Made by a program: the position numbers and the translations under genes. The notes below the pieces were generated by a model that did no database searches, was not told the origin of the DNA, and saw only the letters and a program-made list of their open reading frames with translations. Of a stretch of 64,000 nucleotides of DNA, positions 1-14,115 are shown one piece after another. How positions within the stretch are numbered: position 1 is the stretch's first letter; the number at the start of each line of letters is the position of its first letter. Source of the stretch: Lama guanicoe (lineage: Eukaryota); the NCBI GenBank assembly GCA_013239625.1, contig MU054187.1:3049757-3113756 (forward strand), written 5' to 3'.

Positions 1-435
1 AAATGGCCCAAAGCCTGCCGCCCCCCGTGATCTTAAAGGAGCACTGCATGGAGGGCGTTTGACGAGGCCCCCTGGAAGGACGGGAGGCTGTGGTCAGTGA
101 TGTGGGAGACAGTGTGGAGGAGGTGGCTCCATTCCAGCACACACTGGGCCACATGCTCACTGAGGCCAGTGCCCTGCTGGGGAGGGGGGTCAGTGGTGAA
201 GGAGATGGACCAGTGTGCTGACGTGGGGACGCTGTGACCGAGAGAGCTGCAGCCTCACACAGGCTGAGTTACCTGGAGTGGCATGAGTGGGAGTGGACAG
301 CCTGGCCAGGGCTGTGGCGCTGTCTGTGAATGTTGCTTCTGGTTTTGCCCTGGATACTGTTTCTAGATTCCAGTTGTCTCGAGGCAGGAATGACCAGATG
401 ACCAGGCCCCCACCGATGAGAGAGTTTTTATGACT

Positions 436-518
436 TGTGCTGTGTGTGTGTGCACGTGTGTGTGCGCTGTGTGTATGGTGTGTGCTGTGTGCTGTTTGTG
501 TGTGTGCTGTGTGTGTGT
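436..518. repeat. Degenerate (TG)n/TGTGC simple repeat
   Basis: Run of tgtgctgtgtgtgtgtgcacgtgtgtgtgcgctgtgtg...; explains the Cys/Val- and His/Thr-rich ORFs at 190-745. Confidence 0.9.
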
Positions 519-1439
519 ACACACAGGCTCCTTGGCAGAGGGCAGGTGAAGTCAGCCCCCGGCCGTCTGGATGTGGCCAGCTGCCCTGTAGTTCACTTCT
601 GTTGCCACCGTCAGCGCCCTGCGCCTTGATCCTCAGAGCTCAGTCCTCAGCCACATATCACAAACGCAGACTCTTGGACCTTAAATCTAATGGATTAGTA
701 TCGGAATTCACATTTGAAGCCCCAGGTGTTTTGTGTGCACATTAAACTTGAGAAGTGCTGCTTTCGAGATCCTCAAAAACAAAACAAAACAAACAAGCAA
801 AAACTGAAGGGTTTGAATTTTTTCTGTTTAAGATCTTTTTTTGCCAAGGTCCTTCTGGTTGGAAGCACGCTCTGTCAGGCCGGCTCCAAGTTCTGTGAAC
901 AAAGTAGAAACGCTTGTATAGTCACATTGCTGCGAAGTGGAGCACACGCTGCCTAATTGCGTCTGAAATGGGAAGTCGTTCCTTTTTCATCGTATCCTTT
1001 CCTGCAAGGTCCAGGTCCTTTTGTCTTTCTGGATAAGAGTCCTCTCGCCTTGAAACTTGGACCACCTCAGCCACATCAGATGCCTCACTTCAGCTTCCCC
1101 AAAGGTGGCCGAGTTAAATAAGTCACACACACACTCAGTATGCTTTTCAAAAAGGTGTTCATGGAAGTTTTCCAACACCTCCTGATGTCAGCTGCAGGAC
1201 GGGTGCTGCCCGTGCTTGGCCTTGAGCAAGGCTTCTCCAAAGTCCTTCCGGGGAGAAGATGGTCCTGTCTCTGCCCTGGCAGAGCACGGCAGAGCGGTTT
1301 CATCCGGGGGTGAGGCGCCCAGCCCAAGGGGTGTGGCTCCGCCATGTCATTGCTCAGGCCACAGGCACGTCCAAGCAGCTGGACACCCTCACAGGCGGGC
1401 AGAGCACGGGGCAGGGACCCAGGCACTCTGCTTTGCATA

Positions 1440-1600
1440 CATGATCTTTCAGTCTCATAACCCCACCATGTAAGCTCTGTTATTTGCCCATTTTACAAAG
1501 AGATAAGTTAAAGGCTTGTCCAAAGTCACGTAATTAATAGCTGAAGCGAACCTTCAGATCCAGATGTACCCGACTCTAGGGCGATGTTCTCAGCCTCTGC
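1440..1600 (-). mobile_element. MIR SINE fragment
   Basis: ctcataacccc...ttatttgcccattttacaaag...aaggcttgtccaaagtcacgtaattaatag resembles the reverse MIR core. Confidence 0.6.
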
Positions 1601-2219
1601 GTTAGGACCACTTGTGAGAAGCTGGGGAGGCGGGGTCAGACCATTAGCTTCAAGGAGCTTGGCAGCAACGGTCAGGAGTGGGAAACCTCAGGGATATGGT
1701 GGGACTGGCACATCCGGGATGTTCTCAGAATAGAACTGGAGGAGGAAGAGGAATGAGGAAGAGGCCAGGACCCAGGAAAAAGGCAGGTGACCTGTTACCC
1801 AAACTGGTGTGCCCGGTGGTGGGTGTGACCTGAAATGATGCCCCTGAGGATTGGTAGGGATGGCTGCACACACCTGATCAGCAGTCAGGCTTGGTCCTGC
1901 CTGGGGCGGGGTTAAGTCCGTGGATGAGAAGTGACTCAGTGGCCAGGCTGGTGCTTGGAAGACGAGGTCTGGACCCATCTGAGAGGTGGAGGTGGGAATG
2001 AAAGGGAGAAACGCATGTTTCCTGAGCAAGAAGCGCCCGTGTGTCTTGCTCCTTCCATTTCTCCAAGTACACAGTCGTAAAAACGGGATTGGTTATCAGA
2101 AGGCAGCCGTAGATTTATGGAAAAGGAGGTGATGGGATAGGCAAGGTTTTTTTTTAATCTACCATGAAGGGAAAGTGCTGGGGCCAAAGTACAGCTCATG
2201 AAACTGCTCTGGTGGGAAC

Positions 2220-2400
2220 TGCCGTGCCGCGGTCTGGGGGCCGGAGCGCACGCTGCGTCCTGCACAGGAGCGTGGACGGGCAGGCTTCGGCGCACGCGGC
2301 CTGGGGGTCGGCCCAGGCCCGCACACGCGGCTCCCGTCCGACTCGACAAGTTCACTTCCGTGGGAGACGAGCGTGCTCCCCGTGGGCTGGAGTTCGGTGG
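2220..2400. promoter_or_regulatory. Small CpG-rich patch
   Basis: Dense CG dinucleotides (gccgtgccgcgg...ggcgcacgcggc...cgcacacgcggctcccgtccg). Confidence 0.35.
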
Positions 2401-3519
2401 CTGGTGTGATGGGTTAGGGTGAGAGGATGGTTCGTGGATGGGGACCATGTGCTGGGGCATCCAGATCTGTGACTAAGCCGATGACGGGTTCCTGTGGCGG
2501 CGGACCCTGGAGATGGCTGGATGATAAGCCGACACCCCAGGGCACAGGGAAACTGAGAACTGCTTACTCACCAAAGTCGTCAAAGTCTTGAATTAGGTGT
2601 TTTGATACATAATGGATGATGTTTGCTCCCCTCGGTAACTGTCATCAATTAAAAAGAAGAGATGGATGGGGAGAACCGTGTTGCACTTAATTTTGTATGA
2701 AAATTTAAGCACAGATAATGGAGATGAAAATCCATAAGAGGTATTTTGACCTTCTGGGAGATGCGGCAAAGTTGCCGCTGCTGGAGCCTCCGCAGTCACG
2801 GACTGCTTAGAAAGGGAGCGAGCCCGCAACAGCGCCAGAGACCTGAGGCTCAGAAGCTCAGCCTTGTACATGTTTGGGGAGAATTTTCCTCCCAGATAGA
2901 GTTTTTTCTCTAAAATCAATTTGTAAATTTCTTCAATTATTAAATTTGAAAGGAACATAAAAGACTGTTTATAACAACTGATTAGAGAAAAAATATTTTC
3001 CCCACAGTGTTAAAATATATCAATACCTTCTATACATTGAAATTTTGTCCCAAGTGGGAGCTGCCTAGATCGGCTGCCCACATCAGTTCACCCAACTTCT
3101 GGCGGAGAAAGCAGGCAAACGTTAGACTCCTGGATCTGTTTGGAGCAGACATTTCTTTGCCTTCTTTCAAAATTAGTTGGATGTGCTCAAGAATATTTCT
3201 GAGATTACAAGAAGCTATTTGCATATGTCTATATAGATGACACCAGCCAGTATGCACTTTCTGAAAGTAAAGAAAGCAGATTTAAAAAGGAAAGGTCAGT
3301 ACATTCGCATGCAAATGCTGCCTTCACGTAAAACCTGTGAAAGGACCAAAAGGAAGGCAGAGGAAAAGACAGTCAAAATCACGTTCCCTGCAGTTGTCCA
3401 TCCATTCGGTGCTCGCACCTCCCAGCATGGTGGCTGCCCCACCTTCATGGTGGCAGAGGCAGTGCCGTGCAAAGGGAAGTCACAGACCTGGTTTCTGCTT
3501 CCTCGCTGCCCTTCATTAG

Positions 3520-3640
3520 CTGTCTGACTTTGAGGAAATTACAGCCTCTGAGCTCTAGTTTCTTCATCTGTAATCGGGGCAATACTTCTGTAATCCAGTC
3601 CTGGCAGGCTCTCGTACCAGTTGAAGAAGGTTGGTGAAAT
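3520..3640 (+). mobile_element. MIR SINE fragment
   Basis: tagctgtctgactttgaggaaattacagcctctgagctctagtttcttcatctgtaatcgggg resembles the MIR core. Confidence 0.6.
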
Positions 3641-5051
3641 TCTCTCACGCCTTTGATGAAAAGAGCTTAGATATGTACGCACTGTAGTGAGCATTGCAAG
3701 TGATTCCCCTCACGTGATTCTCACAGCCCCGGCCCCAATTAGCAGGCGCAGAATACGGGGCGCAGAGAACTTTGAAGGCTCCAGGCTAGTAGGTGGGGAA
3801 ACTGGTATTTGGACCCTAGTGGCAGGGATCTGTGATAGTTTTTTTTTCTCTCTTTTTTTTTTAAAGTAAGAAATATATTTATTACATTGTGAACTAGGAC
3901 AGATAGCCATGGTAAATGCAGATGTATTAGATACACATGTGTATCTACACATATCTCTATGTGTATGCGTGCAGAGTTGACACAGAAATTTCATGAAACA
4001 ATGGTCACATTTTGTGTGATGCAAACCATATGTATATATGTAACATATATACATGGAACAGAGTGTATCTTTTTATATATATGGAATAGAATGTATTCTT
4101 TTTTATGATGGTGTTAGTGTACTAGATTGATTATGCAAATTAATTATGCTGCACAACTTCAGAAACACTAGTCTAAACCTCACACTCTCTAGCCCCTGTG
4201 TTATAAACCTCTGTATTTGACAAAGTTCTTGGTACATAGTAGGTATGCTAGAAATATCGGATGAGTGTTTTATGAATAATGAATAGGAATAATGAAATGT
4301 GCAGATCCTCCAAAGATTGCATCTGAGCCAGTAGCTTCAGTCTTTCTCCACCTGTGAAGGTAACTCTTTTCCTTCCACTGAGAACAAGCGGTGCAGGCCG
4401 GTGACAGCACGGCTCTCCGCAGCCACTGCAGGTGAGTGATGGAGCGAGGGCAAGCCCAGGGCAGGTGTGTCGCCAGGGAGTTGAGTTTTCAAAGAACAGC
4501 AGAGTAAAGCCCCAGCTGAAGTTTGCCATGGATCCCATTACACCATAACATCAGCTTCAGATTCCTGGATGACTCCTTTTCACAGCCTCAGAGTCAAGGT
4601 GAAGGAGATGGGCTGGCTGAGCGGAGCAGGGCATCTGGTCACACCCGCCTCAGGTGCCTCCCAGATGCCAGTCCTGCTGTGTGGGTCTTGCCCCGTGGCT
4701 GTTTTAGGAGGCGGGGAGCTTCCTCAAAGAAGAGATTGGATACAAATCTTTTATTTTTCTCCTAGATTTTCTTTCAACATGGTCAAAAGTTTGCCTTTAC
4801 TGCAAACAAATCACACACAATACAATTACACACTTCTTTTATTTTTTTCCCCAAATTTTTAACACAGTTTGATTTTGTGATTTCAAAAATGAAACTTGAT
4901 CCCAAAAGAGCCTTCCAGGTTCACACGCCCCAAATGCAGATTAAACACCCTGTGATTCCATACACATTGCTTATAAAGTGAATTTCTCTCTGGATGTGAC
5001 TAAATCTTACAAATCTGTATCCTTTTTTAACACCTTTATTGTGACCTGGTT

Positions 5052-5150
5052 CCTGATGGAAATGGTCGCTGTCTTGATGATGGTAGTGGTTTCACTGGTG
5101 TGTACATCTGTCAAAACTCATCAAATTGTACACTGGAAATACGTGTAATT
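5052..5150 (+). mobile_element. Ancient L1 (L1MC-like) 3' UTR fragment
   Basis: gatggaaatg...tcttgatgatggtagtggtttcactggtgtgtacatctgtcaaaactcatcaaattgtacac resembles an old L1M 3' end. Confidence 0.65.
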
Positions 5151-8100
5151 ACACACTTATTTTAGAACCAGGGCGTATATTGGACACACCTGGGGTGAGT
5201 AGGCAACTGTTTTGGGAGTCGAAGATGTATTTTTTTTCCCTTCCTTCAGAGAGAACAGTCTAAATTTCTAAATATTCACCTGCCCATCCCTTACAGATTG
5301 GAAATGAATGGATTTACCTATAAAGTATCTCCTCAGTTTAACTATTGGTCTAAGGCTTTCTGTAAGTATGTGCATTTCAAATAAAGACCATGTCCTTTCA
5401 TTCTTTTTCTCACATGAGCAAGGTGTTAGGTGCATGAGAGTTGGAATAAGCGGTATTATGTGGGGCAATCGTATATTTGATACAATATTCTTGCTTCCAA
5501 AAACAGTCTAAAAGCCTGCACGTGCTGTGTAACCACAAAGGCTGCCCTTTAATAGCAACTGGAGTAGTTCAAGTCTATAGGTCTCGATAATTTTTGTTGC
5601 CTGATAGTAAATGAATTGCGGTTTCTCCTTTTACTGTGGATAAATCTGGTGTGATCCAACAAATTGATTACTTTCTTTAATTAGAAATGAAGAGTTTAAA
5701 GTGGCAGTTGGGTGAAGAAATGAGAAAGCCTGCTGAATGATTTTAGCTAAAGTGTTAACAATTTGCACTCCTAAAATAGTTTAAAACAATACCCTTGGCT
5801 TCTCCCCTGCATTCCAGTTGTAAATGGCCTTCAGCACGGAAGAAAGGAAAAAGCTAGACGTTTCTGAGAAAGACGGGACCTTTTAGGTCCTGGAGCAGGG
5901 CTTCCGTGGCAGAACTTTACGTCCAGTGATCTTTAAGACTAGGCTCTCATGTCAACTCTGGGACAGATATCCAGAGAATCTGCCAGAAGAAAGTTTGGAA
6001 GGAGTTCTATAAAGTCAAAGGAAAGTTGAGAGTCGAATGGGTAGGGAGGGAAAGAGGGAGAGGGGAGAAGAAGAAGATAAGAGAATTCCTGAAATTCCTT
6101 CCAGGTTTCTTAAACTCTGCCGAGACAGAGATCTTAAAATGTACCTTGAAGGTGACGACTCCAACTGTCCATTATTATCCAGTCAAGTTCTACTTTGAGC
6201 ACCGACTCTGATGAAGGCATTCAATTAAGTGAAGAGAAATCTCAGAAAAATAGCAGGTATTCTTAAGCCCTTTAAGAGATTATTATATAATTGAAGAGAT
6301 AAAATGTAAAAATATACCCCCCCAAAAAAGCTGAATAACTAACAATCCGAAGCTAAAAATGAGGAGGGGCACAGACACTTCACAGAAAATTACAGAACAG
6401 CGAAGACCCAACCTTGCAGTGGAAGAACAATTCGGACAGAGTGTTCATAATCCCTAGTGCAGAGGGCACACATGATGGTGCTATTTGCACGAAGAAGCAG
6501 TGGCTGTCCGTGCATGCCGAATACAGAGCCTGGCATCGCTCAGGGGAGCGTCCAGTGCTGGGCAAGCTCTCTAGGCAGAGGCTTTTGCAGGGCAGTGGGG
6601 CGCAGATTTCTATCCCTGGAAAGACAGGAGGAGGGAGGCTGGATCAGTGACTCCTTGAAGCCTGCATTGCTTTGTGTCCTAACACGGATACGAAGGAGTG
6701 GGGCCAGTTCCAAAGCAAGTCTCTGTGTGTGGCTCCCTGGTCCAAAGGATGCTGTTTTGAAATTGATGTCTCACCCATTGTTCATTTGCTGACATTGGGC
6801 TCAGTTGGACAGTTTACTAGCTGTTAGTGAGTTAGGTGAAAAGGTATGATGGGTGAGGAGGCCATTGAAACCAATGGATGTAACCATCTGCAGGTCTCAG
6901 AGTTCATTCTGCTCTCGCCCTTCAGTAATGGGCCACCTTGAAGGGCTGACTCTCACGTTGCCAAGGCTCCTTCTCTTCCTCCTCGTCCTCCAGAGCACAC
7001 TGTCTGGGAAATATTCAGAGTCTTCCAGGAAAAAAAAAGGTGTAACCGATAAAAATGAAGTTCTTCATTGGATGCTCTAGAAATACATTAGTTACAATGA
7101 CTGCCACAGAGGACCTTGGATATTTCTAAAACATGGTAGCTAAGAATGGATGCTAAGCCCCGCCGAAGCAAAGGCCGGGCGACTGATGAAAGCTCACTGT
7201 CGCTTTCTGTTTTCTCTTCTCAGTGAGGCTGGCGTTCAGCTCGTCTGTTTTTCCAACAAGTGTTGTTGACAGTCAGCCGTGCTGGGCACCGTGCTGGGGG
7301 AGGTGATGGCAGAGGTTCCAGCTCGGAATGCAGGGTTGAGGCAGGTGATTCTTTTGTTCATTGTTGCTTGCTTTAAAATTTTTTTTAAAAGTGAGAGAGA
7401 GTTGATACTGGCAGCGGAGGAGTCATGCCGGAAGATAAGCTGAATCTACGGGAACGAGAGGACGGAACCGTGGAGGCAAGCTCAGGAGGACAGCGGAGGA
7501 GTGAGACCAGGGACAGGCGCCAAGGGGCCACCCTGGGGAAAGGGTGAGGCAGCGCCCCGGCCTGCGGGGTTAGAACTCGGTCCCTGGTCTGCCCGCAGCG
7601 GACAGGGAAAGCGCTAAGTGTTGCCGTGTGTGTATTTTTTTGCGTTGTGACAAGATTCTGGAGGCGCCAATTCCACTCCTCACACAGCTCTCTAAATTGA
7701 AACTGGCCCATCTTCTCTGAAAAGGAAGCAGTGATGTTGACCCCATCTCTGTCCCAGGAGGGTCCAATTCGTCAACGAGAGAGGACTTGTAGGAGGGAAA
7801 AGCAAGAAGTGCTATTTAAGTACCTTTGAGCCCTCACTGAAATAGGATTCCACTGAAACAGGTTATTCAGAGGACAAGATACTTGCTGTCAGGGCTCTGC
7901 TGTCAGAATGGGGGTGATACCACCGGCTCTCTCAAAAGATCCGTGTGCGCATTTCACGAGCTACCAAATTTAAAATGTGCTTGGCCTGGAAGGCGTACTC
8001 AGGAAGGGTTAGCTGCTGTTTATGTCATCCTCACTGATAAAAAATAATATTAAAACCTTCTTTTGTTTAATTAAATATGTACACCACTAAGCACGTGTCC

Positions 8101-9639
8101 TTAATTTACCAAATTATGCATAATTAAGGGTAATGTATTTATAAATCATTCGTTCCTTTTCACTTAAGTTAGCTAACATTTGATTTTTAAGCTAGCAAAA
8201 AATTGGGGAAGTCTTACAGGAAAGTTCACATCCTATATGATTTATTAAATTAGAGAAATATCACTTTTTAGACTATTTTATATGGTGAACTCTTTCTTTA
8301 CAACAAAAATTCTAAAATATTCTGGATCAGTACCATCTTGGCAGAATATCTGTTTCTTTCCTTTGTAATTATCTCAAAGCTGAGTTTGATCTGCAGACTC
8401 AAATAATTGCTCATTTCAAACCCTGGAGTTCATTTCAACTCTTAGGGGGAGAAGTGTGAAAACTTAACAGTGTGGTCATCGTGGAAGTCTGTGGAAAAGT
8501 TTTCTTTGGGGGCCACTGTTTCGATCATAGACTGTTATCAAGGCTTCAGGATGCGATGCCGTGTGCGACAGAGAGACGTCTTCACTTTGCTTATTGAGAG
8601 GTGTTCCTGTCACCGGGGCCCCGTCTCAGCACCTGACACTCTCAGCTCAGCGAAGGGCGCCCTCTCCAGGGCTGGGCCGGAGGCCCCCATGCCCCCTGCC
8701 AATACCTCCGCACGGGTCACTGTCTCAGCCTGTCTCCCTCAGGTGCACTGAGGACCACTGACGCTGTGGCACTGGAGGTGCGCTGGAAAATACGATGCTG
8801 GGGTTTTCAACTTCTCTGTCCTTTCATTTCCTTTCACACCGAAGTGGACACATAAGCATGTGTGGGGGGACACACGGCCCACAGCAGCCTGAGTGTTGCT
8901 GCTGGTCTGAAGGGTGCTTGTCCCTCCTGGCTCCGGGGACCTCCGGCTTCTGGGGGCTGTCAGCCGTCGCCCCCAGCACCGGCGGCTCACTGCCGCTCTC
9001 CTGAGTCTTGTCCTGTCCGTCTGCGGGTCTCATCAGAGAATTGCACGTCACTGAAACTGGCTCTCAGCCCTCTCCTTTCTTTCTCCACTTTTCTCAAAAG
9101 CAAAAGCAGCTGCCGTTCTGCTAGAAGTGGAGGGGGCAGGACTCACGGGGCTCTCTCTCTTCAGCTGCTCGTCAGCTGCTTCTTCCCTCCTTGTCCTCTC
9201 GAGGGTCCACCTGCCTCTCCCGGGCCCTCTGTCTCCGGGTCCCGCGTAGCCCTCCAGAAGCTGTCAGCGGTCCGATCTGTCCTTCTGGGTCCTTCTGAGG
9301 GGCAGACCTCAGGGCCAAGAACTTGTTCAACATGAAAAGATTTCTGTATTTTTAAATATTGATCACACATTTTTTTTACTCAAGTGTATTTTAAAACATT
9401 TTATTTCAAGTGTATCGTAGATAATTTTTTTTTTACAACTTAGATTTGGAGAGTTGACCTCCAGAGGTTTAAATATAGAGAAATAAAAAAGTGGGACCTG
9501 TAAGTGTATTAATCCTTAGTATTCAATAGACTCTTTTTTCTTTTAAAATTCCCATTTTTGGTAAGTAAGTCCACCAATATTCAGAACTTTGAAACTAGAA
9601 ATGCTGGATTTACACCTTCTGTGGTTGTGTCTCAGTAAG

Positions 9640-10170
9640 CATGTATTGTGTGAGTGTATGAAGTGTAACATACATGCACAAGCATGCACAATGAAGTCCA
9701 GCCCAAGGCGGACTCACCCAATGAGCCCAGCCGTGTCACCAACATCCCAGTGAAGCAGCAGGACCCAGCAGCCCCTTTCATGCCCCTCCGGCCAACAGTC
9801 CTTCCAGGGCGACCACTGGCATGACAGCTCACACTCGTTGCTTAGTTCTGCCTGCCTTGTAACAGCACATAAATGGAATCATACAATGTATCTTCATTTT
9901 TGTCTGACTTCTTTCATTCCACATCAAAATGAGGAGATTCATCCCCGCCGGGTGCTGTTGTGGGTCATTTACTCTTGCTGTGTAGTATTCCATCTTACAG
10001 ATTACTGTGTCGTTCAGTTACTGCTGGATGTTTGGGAACTTCTTTCCGAGCTGGGCTGCTGCAGAAGGTGCCACTGTGCTCACTGTTATGCAGTGCCTGC
10101 CTTTTGGTGAACATATGTGCACGTTTCTCTTGGGCCTTGACTAAGAGTGGAATTGCTGAGCTCGTAGTCA
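9640..10170 (-). mobile_element. Ancient L1 (L1MC/ME-like) fragment
   Basis: cataaatggaatcatacaatgtatc...tgtctgacttctttcattc...ttttggtgaacatatgtgcacgtttctcttggg...gagtggaattgctgag resembles a reverse L1 3' region; degenerate. Confidence 0.6.
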
Positions 10171-10382
10171 CTGCCCAAGAGTCTCCAAAGTCATTTGATC
10201 TCTGATTCAAAATGTAAAAATAAATAAATAATATTTGATACCATTTTGATTTTTCTCAAAAGGGCTAATATCTTTGAAATGTAAAAACTTCATTTTGCTC
10301 ACTTCTGCAAAAGTAGGAATCGTTATTTAAAGAAGGAAAGAGCACAGAAGAGATTAAAAATTTTCAACTTAAAGAGAGCTAG

Positions 10383-11087
10383 CTGAAGAGGGTGCGGAAA
10401 AGAGGGAACCCAAATACTCTGTTGATAGGAATGTAATTTGGTGCCACCACTGTGGAAAATAGTATGGAGTTTCCTTAAAAAAACTAAAAATAGACTTACC
10501 GTATGATCCAGCAATTATATATCTGGGGAAAAGTCTAATTCGAAAAGATATATGCACCCCAATGTTCATAGCAGCACTATTTACAATAGCCAAGACTTGG
10601 AAGCAGCCTAAATGTCCATCGACAGATGGTTGGATAAAGAAGATGTGTGACTGAGTAGTAATGGAATAAGTAAAAAGAATGAAATAATCCCATTTGGAGC
10701 AACATGGATGGACCTAGAGATTATCACAGTAAGTGAAATAAGTCAGAAAGAGAAAGACAAATATCATATGTTATCATATATAAATGTGGAATCTAAAAAA
10801 ATGATACAAATGAACTTATTCACAAAACAGGAACAGACCCACAGACATAGTAAGAAAACTCATGGTCACCAAAGGGGAAAGAGGGGAGGGATAAATTAGG
10901 AGTTTGGAATTAGCAGATACAAACTACTATATATAAAATCAACAAGGTCCTGCTGTAGAGTACAGGGAACTATATTCAATATCTTGTAATAACCTATAAT
11001 GAAAAAGAATATATATATAACTGAATCACTATGCTGTACACCAGAAACTAACACAACATTGTCAATCAACTGTACCTCAGCTGAAAA
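10383..11087 (+). mobile_element. 5'-truncated L1 (ORF2 C-terminus + 3' UTR) with target-site duplication
   Basis: L1 ORF2 end (translates MDLEIITVSEISQKEKDKYHM), 3' UTR and A-tail. Flanked by aaagagagctag (10371-10382) and aaagagagccag (11088-11099). Confidence 0.92.
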
Positions 11088-13597
11088 AAAGAGAGCCAGA
11101 CCTAGAGGTCATCTCGGGCATTTCGAGGTAAGAACCACATTCCACTGGGTTGAGTGGCACCATGGGTGTCTCATGACCACGTGGTCTAACCGTGAAGGAG
11201 AGGCAGGGCAGAACTTGCACTGAATCCCTTATTTATACGATCTGTGTTCTTTTCATTGTCATCCAATTCTACAAACAAGTTTGGTGTCCGTCTCTGGGCA
11301 GGTCAGTACAGTCAGCAAGGTGGGACTTTCTAGAAAAGGGAGAAAAGTGCATTGTGTGTGTGTGTGTGCGGGGGCTTAACCCTTAATGGAAAAGCAAATT
11401 CCTACAGTATTTTTGCTATAATGATTTTTGTCTGTTACCTGACTTTTACCTCTAATAGCTAATCTGTCATTTATACCAAATCGACACTTTTCCTTTCCTC
11501 TTCCATTACTTTTCCTCTAATTCAGATCTTCATCACACCAGGACTGAACTATTGCAACAGCCTCTTGGCTGGCCTCCTCAGCTGTGTCTTCTGCCATCTC
11601 TAATGTACCTAGCATATTACTGATGGATCAGTCTCTGTGACACGACGACACGTTCATTGCGCACCTCTTCTCGTCAGGGCTCCTCAACAGGAGCGATGCG
11701 CCCCTGGACCTGTGGGCCAGGTAGTGCAAGTGTGTGCGGAAGACCAAGTGAGAACTCTGCGTGTCAAGTCTCTGGCAATGTCCCTTGAGTCCACAGAGAG
11801 TTATGCTTGGTTCCATTTTCCTTGAAATCTCAGGGGCCTCCTGGTCTAGGTGTCATTGCCCTGATTTGGTAAAGACTGAGTCATGGCAAAGATTTGCTTC
11901 CCTTTTCACCCTCCAGTGCAGAAACCAACAGCAACAGCACAGCCCCAACTAGGCACAGGAGTGGAGCCCAGGAGATCCCCACTTCAAGAGAGCTGTCTGC
12001 ATCATTCAGCTCTAGGCAACCGTTGCCATGATGGATTCTGGCCTAGGGTTTTTACATCTTCCAACTTTTCAAAATAATTGGGAAAGCCAGATTTTTCTAT
12101 GAAATCTCCTTATATTTAGATTTTGGCATACAATCCATGTTTTGGGGGGAAAACTCGTATGTCAAATACAAAACAGAACAACAGAAAAGAGAAGTTCTAT
12201 ATGGAAAGGGTGGTCCCTGATCTGCCCTGAATCAAATACGTTAAATGCACTTCCACCGTCCAAACAGTTGTGACCCTTAGTACTAGGCCACGCTCACGGC
12301 TAACATGATTTCCCGTCCTCCCCGGCACAGGTGCTTAGCTTCAGTGAGATCCGCCCCTCCCATCTCTTCTTCATGGAACACGTCCACTCACTCCTGCGTC
12401 CATCTTTTAAATTAATCCACTCCCGCTCCCTCCCGCCAGCCATCCCAATTCCTTCTTCCTTTAAAAAACTCCCTGTTATCCCACTTTGTCCCTGAAGCCA
12501 GTCCTCATACTTCAGGATACATAGATTCTCGTTCTCCTGAACAGAATATATTTAAAATCACTGGCACCAAAATTACCATAGAATTTTTTCAAATTTAATT
12601 TTCCTAGCAGGATTATTCGCTCCTGTGTTACAGCCCCGTTTTGTAGTGCCCCTTCCCCCGGGAGCATTCGGCCCAGTTCGGGTGGGAGGGGAGGGGCTTC
12701 GATGGCTGCTTTGCTGGCTGATTGATTATGAATATCCTCATCTAAAGAGCAGGTCTAGCTCTTTAAAATAATCACAATATTTTAGCAACTATTCAGTTAG
12801 TTGCAACCCATACATACTTTGACTTAAGATGTTTTGCGTGCTGTTTAAGAACCTGGAACAGATTTCAATAGTCTAGATTTTGAAATAAACTCCTTTAATT
12901 ATATGTGTGCCCACCGAGGTGCGTGTCCCTTGAGAAGTCCTTAAGAACAGGGCCATCTATGTATATCTTTCCATTCATGTGAACTTTGTCTGCAGGAGGT
13001 GCAGTGTGAGACCACGCTGGCTGGGTGGTTCGCTTTAGGACTCTCGAGGAGTGACTTGCATGGTTTCATTATTGGAAGCAGATCTATTTGTGAAACAAAG
13101 ACATTACCACTTACTTAGGTTTAGAAAAACAGCTAGCCTCAGTTGGTAGTGTAGATATTATCTTGGGTTCATTTTATTGGTTAGGTAAGCTGTGAAATAA
13201 AGCTGATGCTTTGGAAATGTGAACAACAGGAGAACGTTGTAACCCGAGTCACCGCCCGAGCATGAAGTGTGATCTAAAGCGACACTGGTTTTGTTCTGCC
13301 GCTTATGTTCTGCAAAGTGGCTTGACTATGCGAGTTCTAGGAGTCTGGGGTGTGCATTCCTCACGTGCTCCAAAATAAAGGATTGAAGTTCCCCAGGAAG
13401 AGCCAGGCTGTCCCTGGGAGCCCTCCTAAACCGCAGTGTGACTCGGCAGGGACTGCTGCTGGGAAGTGCAGCCCGGAGCTGGGGAAGAGGATGAAGGAGA
13501 CTTTCTGAAGCAGCGTGAGTAGCATGTAATCAGCACAGTGAAGTGCAAACGAGTTTCTAACAGGACGAATAACATCCGGTTACGAAGTGCTGTCTGT

Positions 13598-13778
13598 TCT
13601 AGAGGAGCACTTCTCCTGGCAGAGCTGCTCCGGGGACGGACGTGCTCTGCTCCCGTGCTGTCCCACACGTGGGCCGCTGAGAACTGGAAATGTGGCAGCT
13701 GTGACTGAGAACCTGAGTTTGTAATTTTAATTGTGAGTAGCCCCTCGTGGGGACTGCGTTGGACAATCCAGTTCTAGA
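13598..13778. mobile_element. MER3-like hAT-Charlie DNA transposon remnant
   Basis: ctgagaactggaaatgtggcagctgtgactgagaacctgagtttgtaattttaatt...gttggacaatccagttctaga resembles MER3. Confidence 0.55.
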
Positions 13779-13899
13779 GGAAGATGGATATTCTTCATAT
13801 CTTTAAAACAGGCTTGAAATAATTTTTCTCTTTGGTTCGGATCAAGAACTTCAAATACCTTCAGTGAAGGTCTTTGCTGTCTACTATCTCAGGGTGGGG

Positions 13900-14115
13900 G
13901 ACTTTGGGGAGAGGGGGTGCGGGCACTGTGACGGAGAGGCAGGGCTGGCGCCGCGCACGGGAAGAGGCCCAGCCCCTCCAGCGTCCCCGCGGCCGGCCGC
14001 CCTCCGCGTGCAGCCCCGCGCACAGCAGCAGGTGCTGCGGCCGAGACGACCTTGCCGCGGCAGGAGGAGCCAGGCTGCGTGCAACACGATGGGACGCGGC
14101 CTTCGAACATAACGC
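13900..14115. promoter_or_regulatory. CpG-island-like patch
   Basis: Very GC/CpG-rich (ggcgccgcgcacgg...ccccgcggccggccgccctccgcgtg). Confidence 0.5.

Noticed and set aside
190..745. His/Thr- and Cys/Val-rich ORFs
   Set aside because: Translations of a TG simple repeat.
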